A stretch of 64,000 nt of DNA. It comes from Octopus bimaculoides. Lineage: Eukaryota. The notes under the pieces were generated by a model, which was given only the letters and a program-made list of their open reading frames with translations, made no database searches and was not told the DNA's origin. The stretch lies in NCBI RefSeq assembly GCF_001194135.2, contig NC_068987.1:457651-521650 (forward strand), in the 5' to 3' direction. Below, piece after piece: positions 26,101 to 37,319 of the stretch; the first letter of the stretch is position 1; each line of letters begins with the position of its first letter. The translations under genes were made by a program, and so were the position numbers.

Positions 26101-28634
26101 AGCCTTCTGCATGGACCCTGTTAATAGAAACTGAAATAAGCCTGTTGTGTGTGTGTGTGTGACAGCAGAACCCACTACGTGTGTGTGTGTGTGTGTGTGT
26201 GAGTATAAGTGAATGTGTGTATACATACACATGCAAATTTATCAAATCTCCATTTAATGGCTCCCACCCACCCAAAACGAGTGAAAGACAGCAACGACCT
26301 TGGTAGGATTGGAACTCAGATCATAACGTAATATTACAATATGTTTAGACCATTGCTGTACCAACTCTGCCAGATCTTCGAAAGGTCTTGTATAAACGTA
26401 CAGGCGTTACTAATTATGACAGACAATGTTGTTAATAATGTAGAATGGCAAACATAAGAAACGATCAGAGTTCAACTATCCATTAGGCGTAAGGGAGAAA
26501 ACTCTGGGATTCGGCGAAAGAGTTACCCCGCTTTAGGGTTGTTGATTTCAAGCCTGAGCTTAGCTCAACTCACATTTCATACAATGCGATACTCTCATGT
26601 GACAAAATATTATCCTACATGTGCCACCCGCATGTCACAAAGTATTATCCTACATGTGCCACCCTCATGTCACAAAATATTATCCTACATGTGCCACCCT
26701 CATGTCACAAAGTATTATCCTACATGTGCCACCCTCAAGTTATTATCCCTACTGCATTCCCCTCACATTTTGAGCGTGGCTGTTGCTGGTACCGCCTGAC
26801 TGGCCCTCGTGCCGGTGGCACGTAAAAGCACCCACTACACTCTCGGAGTGGTTGGCGTTAGGAAGGGCATCCAGCTGTAGAAACTCTGCCAGATCAGATT
26901 GGAGCCTGGTGCAGCCATCTGGTTCACCAGTCCTCAGTCAAATCGACCAACCCAGGATAAAAATTGTTAAAAAAAAACTTCTACCTGTGTAAAATTCACA
27001 CCCAAAAGTTTCCAGAATTACTGATATGGCCAGGGAAAAAGGTTTTCAATTTAGTTGTATTTAGCATAATTTCACTTACTTATGATTAGACTTTATGAAA
27101 TTTTGCTTAAATTTAAAATAATTTCTGTTTAACAGGTATCACATTGAAAGCTATTAAATTACAAAGTCTTTGTCTTGTTTTTAATAAACTTTATTTTACA
27201 TTTCTTGCCCACAAGAGATTATGTCTGATCATTAGCATACTTCTGTATGTCTTCTCAAATCACAATCACAGGGAAAGTTGTTGATAATTCTTATTAACAG
27301 AATCAAAGATTCTTATTAACAGAATACGTACAAGTGTTGCAAATTAAGTTTAATTACCAATAAACATCAGCTTGGATGACACTCTACTCAACCGACAGAA
27401 GAAGGCGACCGATCAAACTGATTATGTAAACAGAATTCTGATTGGTCGAAAGTGTCTTGTCTCAAGCTCTGATTTTCTTGTTGGAACCTTTGATATGGAG
27501 TGTCGAAATTTTAATCCCTTTCACACTTATAAAATGTCAACCAAACTTGAAACAATTTAGAATTTACTTTTGCCAGCTGAGTGGATTGGAGCAACATGGA
27601 ATAAAGTGTCCTGCTCAAGGGCACGATGTGCCACCAGGGATCGAATTCACAACCGTGTACTGAATACCCTAACCACTACCATGACCTACCTTGTTTACAC
27701 CGGTTGGATTGGTGTCCTCATCTCGACTGTCGCTTCCACTAGGTTTTCTCATCTCAGAAATACAGACTCGTATCATCCAATTGGTATGGAGCCAACATAA
27801 GATATCAACGGAGGTTTATAAGCCTTAAAAATCCATACTGTCACCGCCTATGGGCATAGGGTAGTGGATAAAGCGACTGGTTAATGTAGTGCAGTACCTA
27901 GATAGAAGTTCTGAGTTCAATCCCAGGCAAAGATCTAAGGTGAATCACAAGACACCTGAGAGAAGGTTGGAATGTAGACAGCCAACCTGTAGTGAAAGCC
28001 ACAACTTGGATGAGGATGCCAGTCCGACTAATATGAATAGAGTACATAATATGAGTGTGTGTATATTTGATGGACTATATATAAATTGTATACAAGACAT
28101 ACAAACGAATGATGAACCCTCAGAAATATCTGCCAAACCATCTTCAAATCACGTCAGACTGTTTTAAAAAATGTAAGTCACACCGGATAATGTAGTCCTA
28201 GACACACAAAGTCAGAATAAAAGAGAGGGATGTTCACTGTCAGAAGATTTTTGTTGAAGAGCTGACCTTTCACCCTGGGTCATTTATGATGAAGTGACCT
28301 GACGTGAAACAAGGACATGGACACCAACATTAATTCCATTAACCTAGGATGACCTCCAGTGGTCATGGCCACTGACCATTAAGGAATCAACTTGACAGAA
28401 AACAGAAAATATTTTCAAAACATGCAATATTTAAAAAAAATGTTGCCAACCTTTTTCTTTCAGTCTTTCCATGTTAATGCAGGCATTTTTGTATCTTTTG
28501 ATGGATTCTTCAGTTTCCAAGTTGCTGGTGACAATACTGGACGGTTCCACATAATTGGTGAGGGCCAAAGTAAAAGAGAAATCGCCATCACCCACGAGAA
28601 GAAGTTTGGAATTATCAAAGACAGGTCGATTCAT
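18642..28634 (-). CDS. FDXACB1: Ferredoxin-fold anticodon-binding domain-containing protein 1; complement join(28451..28634,25044..25200,23480..23683,21370..21531,18642..19749), 1815 nt, 604 aa
   Basis: Phases 1,2,2,2 join into one frame. Motifs LLLVGDGDFSF, IIFNFPHVGGKS, LCQGQGGTP, WQVVSMAA, CTGFRSQDKGF, CHPLKTI and the C-terminal FDX-ACB segment (VCLIDTYQEP...SRCYRFTFQS...QMAITLR*) all match the FDXACB1 architecture. Confidence 0.93.
20218..20517 (+). mobile_element. SINE-like / non-LTR 3'-tail repeat ending in (GAT)n
   Basis: ...aggaagggcatccagctgtagaaactctgcc...ggacgttaaacgatgatgatg. Other copies at 19993-20078, 24590-24810, 26785-26955 and 13190-13250 (+), and 20985-21102, 11306-11445 and ~1780-2040 (-). 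Confidence 0.85.
20985..21102 (-). mobile_element. Inverted copy of the (GAT)n-tailed repeat in FDXACB1 intron 4
   Basis: Reverse complement of 20394-20517 with about 90% identity. Confidence 0.85.
21370..21531 (-). CDS. FDXACB1: FDXACB1 coding exon 4
   Basis: attacag|(R)SQDKGFSTTGGLTHVFQL...PYLYSKLYNY(K)|gtaagt; 162 nt. Confidence 0.92.
22740..23400 (-). mobile_element. Decayed R4/Dong-type (RLE-bearing) non-LTR remnant in FDXACB1 intron 3, with secondary tandem duplications
   Basis: Degenerate post-RT peptide traces (KMKLDENWEG...GQLVG...AAA). 28-bp repeat x2.7 at 23046-23120; 42-bp repeat x2.1 at 23282-23372. Confidence 0.45.
23480..23683 (-). CDS. FDXACB1: FDXACB1 coding exon 3
   Basis: tctctag|SASSILSPSGEIMMTLCQGQGGTP...YSCTGF|gtttgt; 204 nt. 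Confidence 0.95.
23940..24470 (-). mobile_element. RTE-clade LINE internal remnant in FDXACB1 intron 2
   Basis: KCYYERLLNVGNAWEKESLPNRGPTEG (ORF 24102..24350), typical of the pre-RT linker of RTE elements. Confidence 0.65.
25044..25200 (-). CDS. FDXACB1: FDXACB1 coding exon 2
   Basis: tatgcag|(G)CQVILDLDATKLHQDIDLKNEAFERIIFNFPHVGGKSNNKKNRALLRNFFK|gtcaga; 157 nt; not in the ORF track. Confidence 0.93.
26596..26755. repeat. 35-bp minisatellite, 4 full units plus a partial
   Basis: catgtcacaa(a/g)tattatcctacatgtgccaccct; units start at 26596, 26631, 26666 and 26701. Confidence 0.95.
28451..28634 (-). CDS. FDXACB1: FDXACB1 coding exon 1
   Basis: ATG at 28634; MNRPVFDNSKLLLVGDGDFSFTLAL...LKEK G|gttggc. 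Acceptor ttttcag just upstream (exon starts at 28646) implies a further 5' UTR exon. Confidence 0.93.
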
Positions 28635-28849
28635 CAATGATGTCCACTGAAAATAAAGAGAATAGAATTAGTATTTTATAAGAAATTTAACTGAATTAAA
28701 TTTGGGGTTCACAAAAAGTGAGGTGGGGGTTAATTAATGCTTGAGATGGAATGGTGAATGTTTGTCCATTGTTGCTTGCGTTGTCGAAAGTTAGAATTTC
28801 ATGTCTACGTATATATGTATACATTCACAAGGCATGAAGGTATACACTA

Positions 28850-29400
28850 AACGGTTCGGTAAAAAAAAAAAAAAAGACCGACAGAATATGAACCAGACTT
28901 GAAAAAAATAAAAAATACTGGGGTTAATTAGTGCGATTAAAATTCTTCAACGATAACCCTAACCCAGGTAAAAGCTACACATCTCCACAGATACGATTCC
29001 GTTCTGAGTGAGGAAACCAAATTACACTTCGAATTTCCTTTCATCCCACGTGGAATATTGTGAAGTTCCCCAAAACTAAAGAAATCTCAGCAAAGTTTTA
29101 AAAAGTAATCGCAGAATTCTTTACCAAACAGACTGGGGTGGATGGAGGAATTATAAAATAAAAGATAATTAAAAAAGAAAAGCATGAAATAGGAAATGAA
29201 ACAATTTTTATGAGAAACGAAAAGTTTTGATAGAAAAATACTGACGTTTCATGAATTGACACCGGCGGTGATAGCTTTTAGATTTAAACTTTGAATTAAG
29301 TTCCGAGAAGATAAGTAATTAAATGCGGATTATTGGTTTAAGTAGAGAGTTACGGAGGAAGGGGAAGAGGAGGAGGAGAATAAAGAAGAGGAGGTTGTAG
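28850..29400 (-). promoter_or_regulatory. Putative FDXACB1 promoter / 5' UTR exon region
   Basis: Unique sequence with several CpGs, immediately upstream of the 28646 acceptor; palindromic E-box CCACGTGG at 29046-29053. Confidence 0.4.
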
Positions 29401-29631
29401 TGTTCATGGCTTCTTTTTGAAAGAAATATTAAAATTTTTAGCGAAGGGAATTAATTTTTCATTACTAGCTTTATACACTCACATACATATATATAAACAC
29501 ATACATATAAATGCACGCACACGCGCGTGTGTGTGTGTGTGTGTGTGTACACGTACGTACATATGTATGCATGCATATACACACATGCACATATATGTAT
29601 GGGGGGTTGGTGTATCTATATGCATGTCGAA

Positions 29632-29907
29632 GGCGCATGGCTTAGTGGCTAAGATATTCGGCTCACTATAGTAAAGTCCTGAGTTCGATTCCCGGCGACG
29701 CGTTGTATCCTTGTGCAAGACACTTTATTTCACGTTACTCTAGTCCACTCAGCTAGCAAAAATGAGTTGTACCTGTATTTCAAAGGGCCAGACTTGTCAC
29801 ACTCTGTGTCACGCTGAATCTCCCTGAGAACTACGTTAGGGGTACACGTGTCTGTGGAGTGCTCAGTCACTTCAACATTAATTCCATGAGCAGACTGACG
29901 GAGTGCT
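29632..29907 (+). mobile_element. tRNA-derived SINE, second family; inverted partial copy at 29955-30060
   Basis: ggcgcatggcttagtgg A box and gagttcgattcc B box. Related reverse copies at 44230-44530, 27570-27680 and 40490-40580. Confidence 0.8.
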
Positions 29908-29917
29908 CCTATATGCA

Positions 29918-29956
<39 letters not shown>

Positions 29957-30539
29957 ATATATCAACTGGACAGCCCACTCGTGAAATTAACATGCATGTG
30001 GTTGAGTACTCCACAGACACGCGCACTCATAACGTGGTTCTCAGAAAAATTTAATGTGACNNNNNNNNNNNNNNNNNNNNNNNNNNNNNNNNNNNNNNNN
30101 NNNNNNNNNNNNNNNNNNNNNNNNNNNNNNNNNNNNNNNNNNNNNNNNNNNNNNNNNNNNNNNNNNNNNNNNNNNNNNNNNNNNNNNNNNNNNNNNNNNN
30201 NNNNNNNNNNNNNNNNNNNNNNNNNNNNNNNNNNNNNNNNNNNNNNNNNNNNNNNNNNNNNNNNNNNNNNNNNCTGACTCGCATCTTTTCAGATCATTGC
30301 AACTTTATTTTGGAGGGGAAACAGATTATTAATGGTGAAGAGGTTAAGATGATATTGAGTGATTCTTCGCTTTGAATCTTGAAGAATTTTACGCCTAAGG
30401 GATCAGCAATCTGCCAAATAGAAGGGATTATGTTATCGATGATGAGGGGAAAATATTATCTCGATTAAAAATATCAATTAAGACTGAGGAAGCATTTGTT
30501 CCTTTCCCATCTTGAAACGCGACATAAAACACTCGCGCG

Positions 30540-30572
<33 letters not shown>

Positions 30573-30706
30573 GCACGCACACACACACACACACACGTAC
30601 ACACATTTCTACACATGCATAGACATATCTATACATACACACACAAAGTATAGACACGTCACATACGACATAAAAACACACATACAGAGTACATACGAAT
30701 GATATA

Positions 30707-30749
<43 letters not shown>

Positions 30750-30832
30750 TTATATGTATATTTATATATATAATATTTGCGTAGACGTAATATATATTCA
30801 CACTTACGTTCACAAATTAACTCATCTATGCT

Positions 30833-30873
<41 letters not shown>

Positions 30874-31019
30874 GTTTGCACAATTGTACATATATTTGCA
30901 CATACACATAAAAATATATATGCACCGACATACACAATACACACACACACTTTACACATAGGCATACACGCTTTTTTCACACACAAACATAGACACATTC
31001 TGTTTATCTTTCATTCGCA

Positions 31020-31520
31020 TCAGCCCAAAGGCTGTGACCATGGTGGAGCATCATAAATACCCCTCATCTTCTCAATGGTCATTCTCAAGACTGTGTTTGA
31101 TATTATTGCTCGCTTTTGAGTAGCTTTCCGTGATGTCGGTTCACCTGGGATCTTGGACAGCAGAAAGTCGAGTTCCTTTTTGAAAACATCTACCCACCCT
31201 CCAAGTAGATCTCTCAGGTGGTGATATTAAAGAGCTGTCGACCCCTGAATCCTAAGCTATTGCCGAACCCGTTCTTTATACTAGGCGGGATGGTTGGGAC
31301 CTTTGGAACAGTGCAATGTTCGGGGGGTTAGTGCCAAAGTTTGGTATTAGCCCATCTACGATTTTCTATATGTATATCACAACACGACATTCCCTCCTTC
31401 GCTCTCGTGAGCAGAGTCGTGATTCTTTGAGTCTCTCACAGCAGCTGAAGACACCATAGTTGAGAGCAGTAATCCGGATAAGTGGGGACAAATGCTCTCC
31501 TGGTCCCTTGTCCTGGAAGT
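31020..31520 (-). mobile_element. CR1/L2-type LINE 3' remnant
   Basis: PDYCSQLW and FRGRQLFN...VFKKELDFLLSKIPGEP traces. Confidence 0.65.
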
Positions 31521-32619
31521 TCTCAGAATACATACATATTTCTACATGCCCATATATAGACATTTCTTCACACGATTACATATAGACATATCTACACTTT
31601 TACACACATACGCACAAACACATTTCTACAGACATACACACAGTCACCAAAAACGTAGACACATACTTAGACAAATACGTAAAAGATCTTTCCCATCTGA
31701 TGTGGACAAATTGTAAGAAAGAAAAGGAGACAGGATTGTAGCGTTGGTGGGCAAAGAGTGTGGAAGCTTTTCAACCATCAACTTAATTTGAAGATGATAC
31801 CAATTCTCTAAGTGACAACACAAAAGGGACACTGTACGAAAATTCAGAAAATCCTGGTCTGACAACATTCAGGACTTGACAAGTCCTAACACTGGGGAAG
31901 TATCCACCTTCACACACTGTGTGTGTAAGTGGACAGAGACCAGTAGCCATTGCTGTCACCAAGTTTTTAGAGGGGTCACTTGAACATTTGGCTGCAAACG
32001 TCACGGGAAGATGACGGTCACACACACACACACAACACAAACACAACACATAAACACACATTAACACATAGAGAGGCAGTAAAACGTGTATACACATAGG
32101 CATTAACACATATCACACATACACAGACGGTCATACATAACAGACATTTAATGTATCTACACACACACATACACACACATACAAACACACATACAAACAC
32201 ACATTCATACATAGACGTTAACCCATATTCACACTTAACACTCGTACATATAGAGATTAACACATAGGTAGACATAGACACACACATATATTAACACACA
32301 TGGATTTTAGCACACTCATTAACACATAGGTTCAAATACATACAAATGTATTAATACTCTTCTATACACTCTCACACAGACATTAACCCATATCTACATA
32401 CAAGCATACACAGATATGAACACATACACACACACACATTAATAAAGTTCTATACACGCTCATACACACAGCACATTAACTTAGACATTACGATATCTCT
32501 ACACATACACAAAATACAAAGAATATACCCACAAAACACACACACATGAACACACTCATACGTCACACAGCGAAATTCTAAAGTTGCCGTTGTGTCGTCT
32601 GCTTTATCCATTGAAGCAA

Positions 32620-32970
32620 ACTGGAGTAAAAGATCTAAGACCGACCCAGTGAACTCTGTTATTATATTAGAATCTCATTGATGGAGGCCAGTCAGGTCAG
32701 CACACATGGTTTCAGACAGCAACGACCATATCAAATGGTCAACTTTAGCTTTATATTTGCCAGCTAAGCCATTGCCCGCCATAACAAGCCACCATTGATA
32801 GAGAAAAGGAAAGCGAAAGAAGAAAAGAGGAAAGAGAGGAGGAGGAAGAGAGGGAAGGTGGGTGGAGGAAGGGGGTAGAGGTAGGAGAACAATGGACAAG
32901 CAATTCAATATGGCATCCCAAATACTCAGTGACATTGTAGCGAAGGAATTGAATGCAAGATTCCATAATT
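32620..32970 (-). mobile_element. CR1/L2-type LINE remnant
   Basis: Degenerate YLG...HI and related RT-thumb traces; interrupted by a pyrimidine microsatellite. Confidence 0.4.
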
Positions 32971-33383
32971 TATTATTTATGTCACCTTCTTGCACATATT
33001 AAAGGGAAACAAGAAAATGGAAATAAACTCTCTCTCTCTCTCCNNNNNNNNNNNNNNNNNNNNNNNNNNNNNNNNNNNNNNNNNNNNNNNNNNNNNNNNN
33101 NNNNNNNNNNNNNNNNNNNNNNNNNNNNNNNNNNNNNNNNNNNNNNNNNNNNNNNNNNNNNNNNNNNNNNNNNNNNNNNNNNNNNNNNNNNNNNNNNNNN
33201 NNNNNNNNNNNNNNNNNNNNNNNNNNNNNNNNNNNNNNNNNNNNNNNNNNNNNNNNNNNNNNNNNNNNNNNNNNNNNNNNNNNNNNNNNNNNNNNNNNNN
33301 NNNNNNNNNNNNNNNNNNNNNNNNNNNNNNNNNNNNNNNNNNNNNNNNNNNNNNNNNNNNNNNNNNNNNNNNNNNNNNNNNNN

Positions 33384-33420
<37 letters not shown>

Positions 33421-33495
33421 TTATATATATATGTACACATACACATATCTAATGTATAGCATGTATATACATATTACATATATTTATATATACAC

Positions 33496-33536
<41 letters not shown>

Positions 33537-34345
33537 TTATAAGTATATTATGCACAATAAGGTTGTGCATATTTTTTTTTGTCATCGAAATTCCACTCAC
33601 AACAAATGCTCAGGTCAAAGCTGTGGTCGAATAGACTCAGCCAATGTACCGCGTAGTGAGATTGAACTCATAAGCACAAGGGTTATGAAGCAAATTTCTC
33701 AACCCCTTCGCAATGCCTGCCAACTTTTAAAAGAAAAAAAAGATACCTTTTCACATTTTCACATTACTCAACGTGTTATACACATTCACACATACACACT
33801 CACGTGCGCATATACATACCTGCGGTCCACACATTACGTATATTCAGGGTTGGTTCATGCGCACATGTTCACACACCTGGCCTGCATAAAGCTTTATGTA
33901 TGTACTGTGTATGTATGTATATGTACGTATATACATGCACACACATACACGCGCGCGCACCCACCCGGCTATCTGAAGGCATTTTGGAAGTTTAACAGTC
34001 ATATTCCTGGGTTGAGTTCATTTTAGGAAATGAGTGAATATGAAACATCTGGTCCGAAGTTTTGTTTTCGATAATTGTACTCAATATTGAAAGTAGATAA
34101 TAGACTTTTAAGAAGAATTTGTCAATGTGTGTCTATGCATCTGTGCGTGTGTATGTATATACGTTATATATATATATATTAGATATGTGTATGTATGTAG
34201 ATATAAGCATCATTCAATGCAAACAATATAAAGTACTAGCTACAAATACTTTCTTGTTGCAAAGACACGAGTCTAGGCTGGTTTTATAAGGTGCCTCCAA
34301 GCAATCCCCGGGCTCTGAGCACATAGGCTGTCTTGTATATGTGTG

Positions 34346-34376
<31 letters not shown>

Positions 34377-35378
34377 NNNNNNNNNNNNNNNNNNNNNNNN
34401 NNNNNNNNNNNNNNNNNNNNNNNNNNNNNNNNNNNNNNNNNNNNNNNNNNNNNNNNNNNNNNNNNNNNNNNNNNNNNNNNNNNNNNNNNNNNNNNNNNNN
34501 NNNNNNNNNNNNNNNNNNNNNNNNNNNNNNNNNNNNNNNNNNNNNNNNNNNNNNNNNNNNNNNNNNNNNNNNNNNNNNNNNNNNNNNNNNNNNNNNNNNN
34601 NNNNNNNNNNNNNNNNNNNNNNNNNNNNNNNNNNNNNNNNNNNNNNNNNNNNNNNNNNNNNNNNNNNNNNNNNNNNNNNNNNNNNNNNNNNNNNNNNNNN
34701 NNNNNNNNNNNNNNNNNNNNNNNNNNNNNNNNNNNNNNNNNNNNNNNNNNNNNNNNNNNNNNNNNNNNNNNNNNNNNNNNNNNNNNNNNNNNNNNNNATA
34801 TATATATATATATACATCTGCATGTATACATGCAGATGTACATATAGACACACACACATCCATTTGCAGAATAACAGAAAGAGTTACGATTGTCAATTTA
34901 TTTGCGATGAGGTGTTTTTCGCTCAGCAGGTTTTGGCAGAGATTGAAAGAAACAACGTGGATTCTAATAGAATTAACCGTAAATACTGCATAATCCTCAG
35001 TATTTAGCACCAATATCTTCTGCAGGGGCAGCTGAAAGGGGATCAACGTTGATTGTGGTGGGGTGGGGTAGGTGCAGTGCGGAAACGTTTTAGCGGCGAA
35101 ATAAAGAGAATTCAAAGAAAATCTAAGAAAATGATTGCGAAAAATAAATGCATAAAGAATAACGGGATAAAGACACACGTGCACGCACACACACAGACAC
35201 AATCAAAGACAGATAGACACACACACATAAACGCACACACACACACACACACATATGTACATATATATACATACACTTATGTGATTACAGGTACGTGTAT
35301 GTATATATATATATGTGTGTGTGTGCGTATGTATGTATATATAAATATATATGTATGCGTGTTTATATGTATATATGC

Positions 35379-35423
<45 letters not shown>

Positions 35424-35717
35424 NNNNNNNNNNNNNNNNNNNNNNNNNNNNNNNNNNNNNNNNNNNNNNNNNNNNNNNNNNNNNNNNNNNNNNNNNNNNN
35501 NNNNNNNNNNNNNNNNNNNNNNNNNNNNNNNNNNNNNNNNNNNNNNNNNNNNNNNNNNNNNNNNNNNNNNNNNNNNNNNNNNNNNNNNNNNNNNNNNNNN
35601 NNNNNNNNNNNNNNNNNNNNNNNNNNNNNNNNNNNNNNNNNNNNNNNNNNNNNNNNNNNNNNNNNNNNNNNNNNNNNNNNNNNTATATATATATATATAC
35701 AGATACACACATATGTG

Positions 35718-35764
<47 letters not shown>

Positions 35765-35833
35765 ATACACACAAATATATGCACATATATACATACATTA
35801 TATATATATATACACATACATACATACACACAC

Positions 35834-35873
<40 letters not shown>

Positions 35874-37183
35874 CTGTTATCAACATATACATACACACCT
35901 CCCAAACTTACACCCTCATTCACAACAGAGAGATTGTGAATTTATAAACTCTATGTGTGTGAAATCTGTGTTATTTAGTGAAAGAAGCAAGGTTCCGCCC
36001 CGTAGCTGTGAACTAAACTTGAGTGAATCTTTTAAAATAATTTGAAATGGAAAGGGCAGACGATACGTGAAAAACGGGTGTTTAAAGCTAAGCTAGCAGT
36101 TTTATTTTAGTATTTTAAACTATAGTGTGTGTGGATGGTCTTTGCTGTGTGGTTATATATATTTTTTGAAGCTGGTTCCCATCAAATAGCAAATTACTTT
36201 GAAAATTGCACGCATCAGCCCGAAGCTTTCGAAATGGAGGCTTAAATCGTTAAAGGGTTTGATTATTTAAATTGATTTAATTAACAAATGGAGGTATGAT
36301 CTAAACGCACACACACATACACACACACATTCATACACGCACGCAGACGGACATATACAAGTATACGGGCAAACACACACACAGACACTCATACACACAC
36401 TTACACAAACGCATATATGCAGAAACAGTATACACATACATATATATCAGCGTGTGTGCTTACGCGTACGTATTCATATATACGTATATATATCTACGTA
36501 TCCGTGTAAATACACACACACACACACACATGCATACATACATCCATACATATATAGATATATGCATATTCATATATTCATACTTACGCACACATACACA
36601 CGAATACATACATATACATACTTATTTACACACACACATATATTTATGCGTTTGTGTATATTCTGTTTTGAATCTGTTTTTAGATTGGTTCCGTGTGTAT
36701 ATATTAGCAAGAAGGTTCGGCATTGTGTACAAAAAGAGGGAGGCAGAACACACACACCGAGGAGAAACTAGTATTTACTAACGTGTGATGATGGTTCAAA
36801 CCTCCATTGCCGATATATTTATAGTCTGAGGTGGAAACATGACTTCGTGTCGTTTGTATCGAATATTTTCGGGTCTACGCCTCATCACTGATTGATCTCA
36901 TCAAATATCTAAATCGTTCTCTTCACGTCCAGCCTCCTATTGACGTCTAGATGGGACGGAGAGAGGCCCATGACCCTGGGCCCTGTCCCCTCCTCCACCT
37001 GCATGGAGCATCAACAAATATTCACACACACACTTAAACAAATACACACACACGCATCCATACATATATTCTCTGCCTTTTGGTTACACTAACTCATTCT
37101 ATCATGGCTCCCTCTCCCCCCTTTCTTTTCACCTACCTCACTGTATGTGTCTGTCTGTCTGTCTACTGTGTGTGCATTATTTT

Positions 37184-37319
37184 GGTCGAGTCAGTCTCTT
37201 GCTACTCAGAGTTTCCCCTGTCGGTGCACAGTTCTTCAGACAAGTTATAAAACGCATCTTGCCTGAAGACCTTCAGTGTTCACAACTAAAACTCAGAGTA
37301 ACAACAGACTGACTCGACC
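37184..37319. repeat. Inverted repeat pair (~136 nt hairpin) carrying two hammerhead-like copies
   Basis: ggtcgagtcagtct-c-ttg-c-tactc-a-gagttt is complementary to 37289-37319; inner tcttcag-a-caag pairs with cttg-c-ctgaaga. Confidence 0.85.
37198..37244 (-). ncRNA. Minimal type I hammerhead ribozyme motif, Penelope-like (near-intact core, imperfect stem II)
   Basis: - strand reads CTTGT CTGAAGA A-CTGT-GCACCG-ACAG-GG GAA ACTC-T-GAGT A GCAAG: conserved core, 5-bp stem I, quasi-palindromic stem III and GUA cleavage triplet. Confidence 0.55.

Noticed and set aside
26596-26755. Short direct-repeat arrays (also 23046-23120 and 23282-23372) as CRISPR
   Set aside because: Units are contiguous with no unique spacers, there are no cas genes, and the context is eukaryotic.
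29903-36045. Many long ORFs (up to 330 aa) in the ORF track
   Set aside because: They are read-throughs of N gaps and (TA)n/(CA)n tracts (YIYI, THTH, VCVC). The same applies at 50185-51093 and 63481-63990.
37184-37319. Pre-miRNA interpretation of the hairpin
   Set aside because: The inner stem is interrupted and the arms are better explained as two inverted copies of one hammerhead-like motif; not excluded without small-RNA data.
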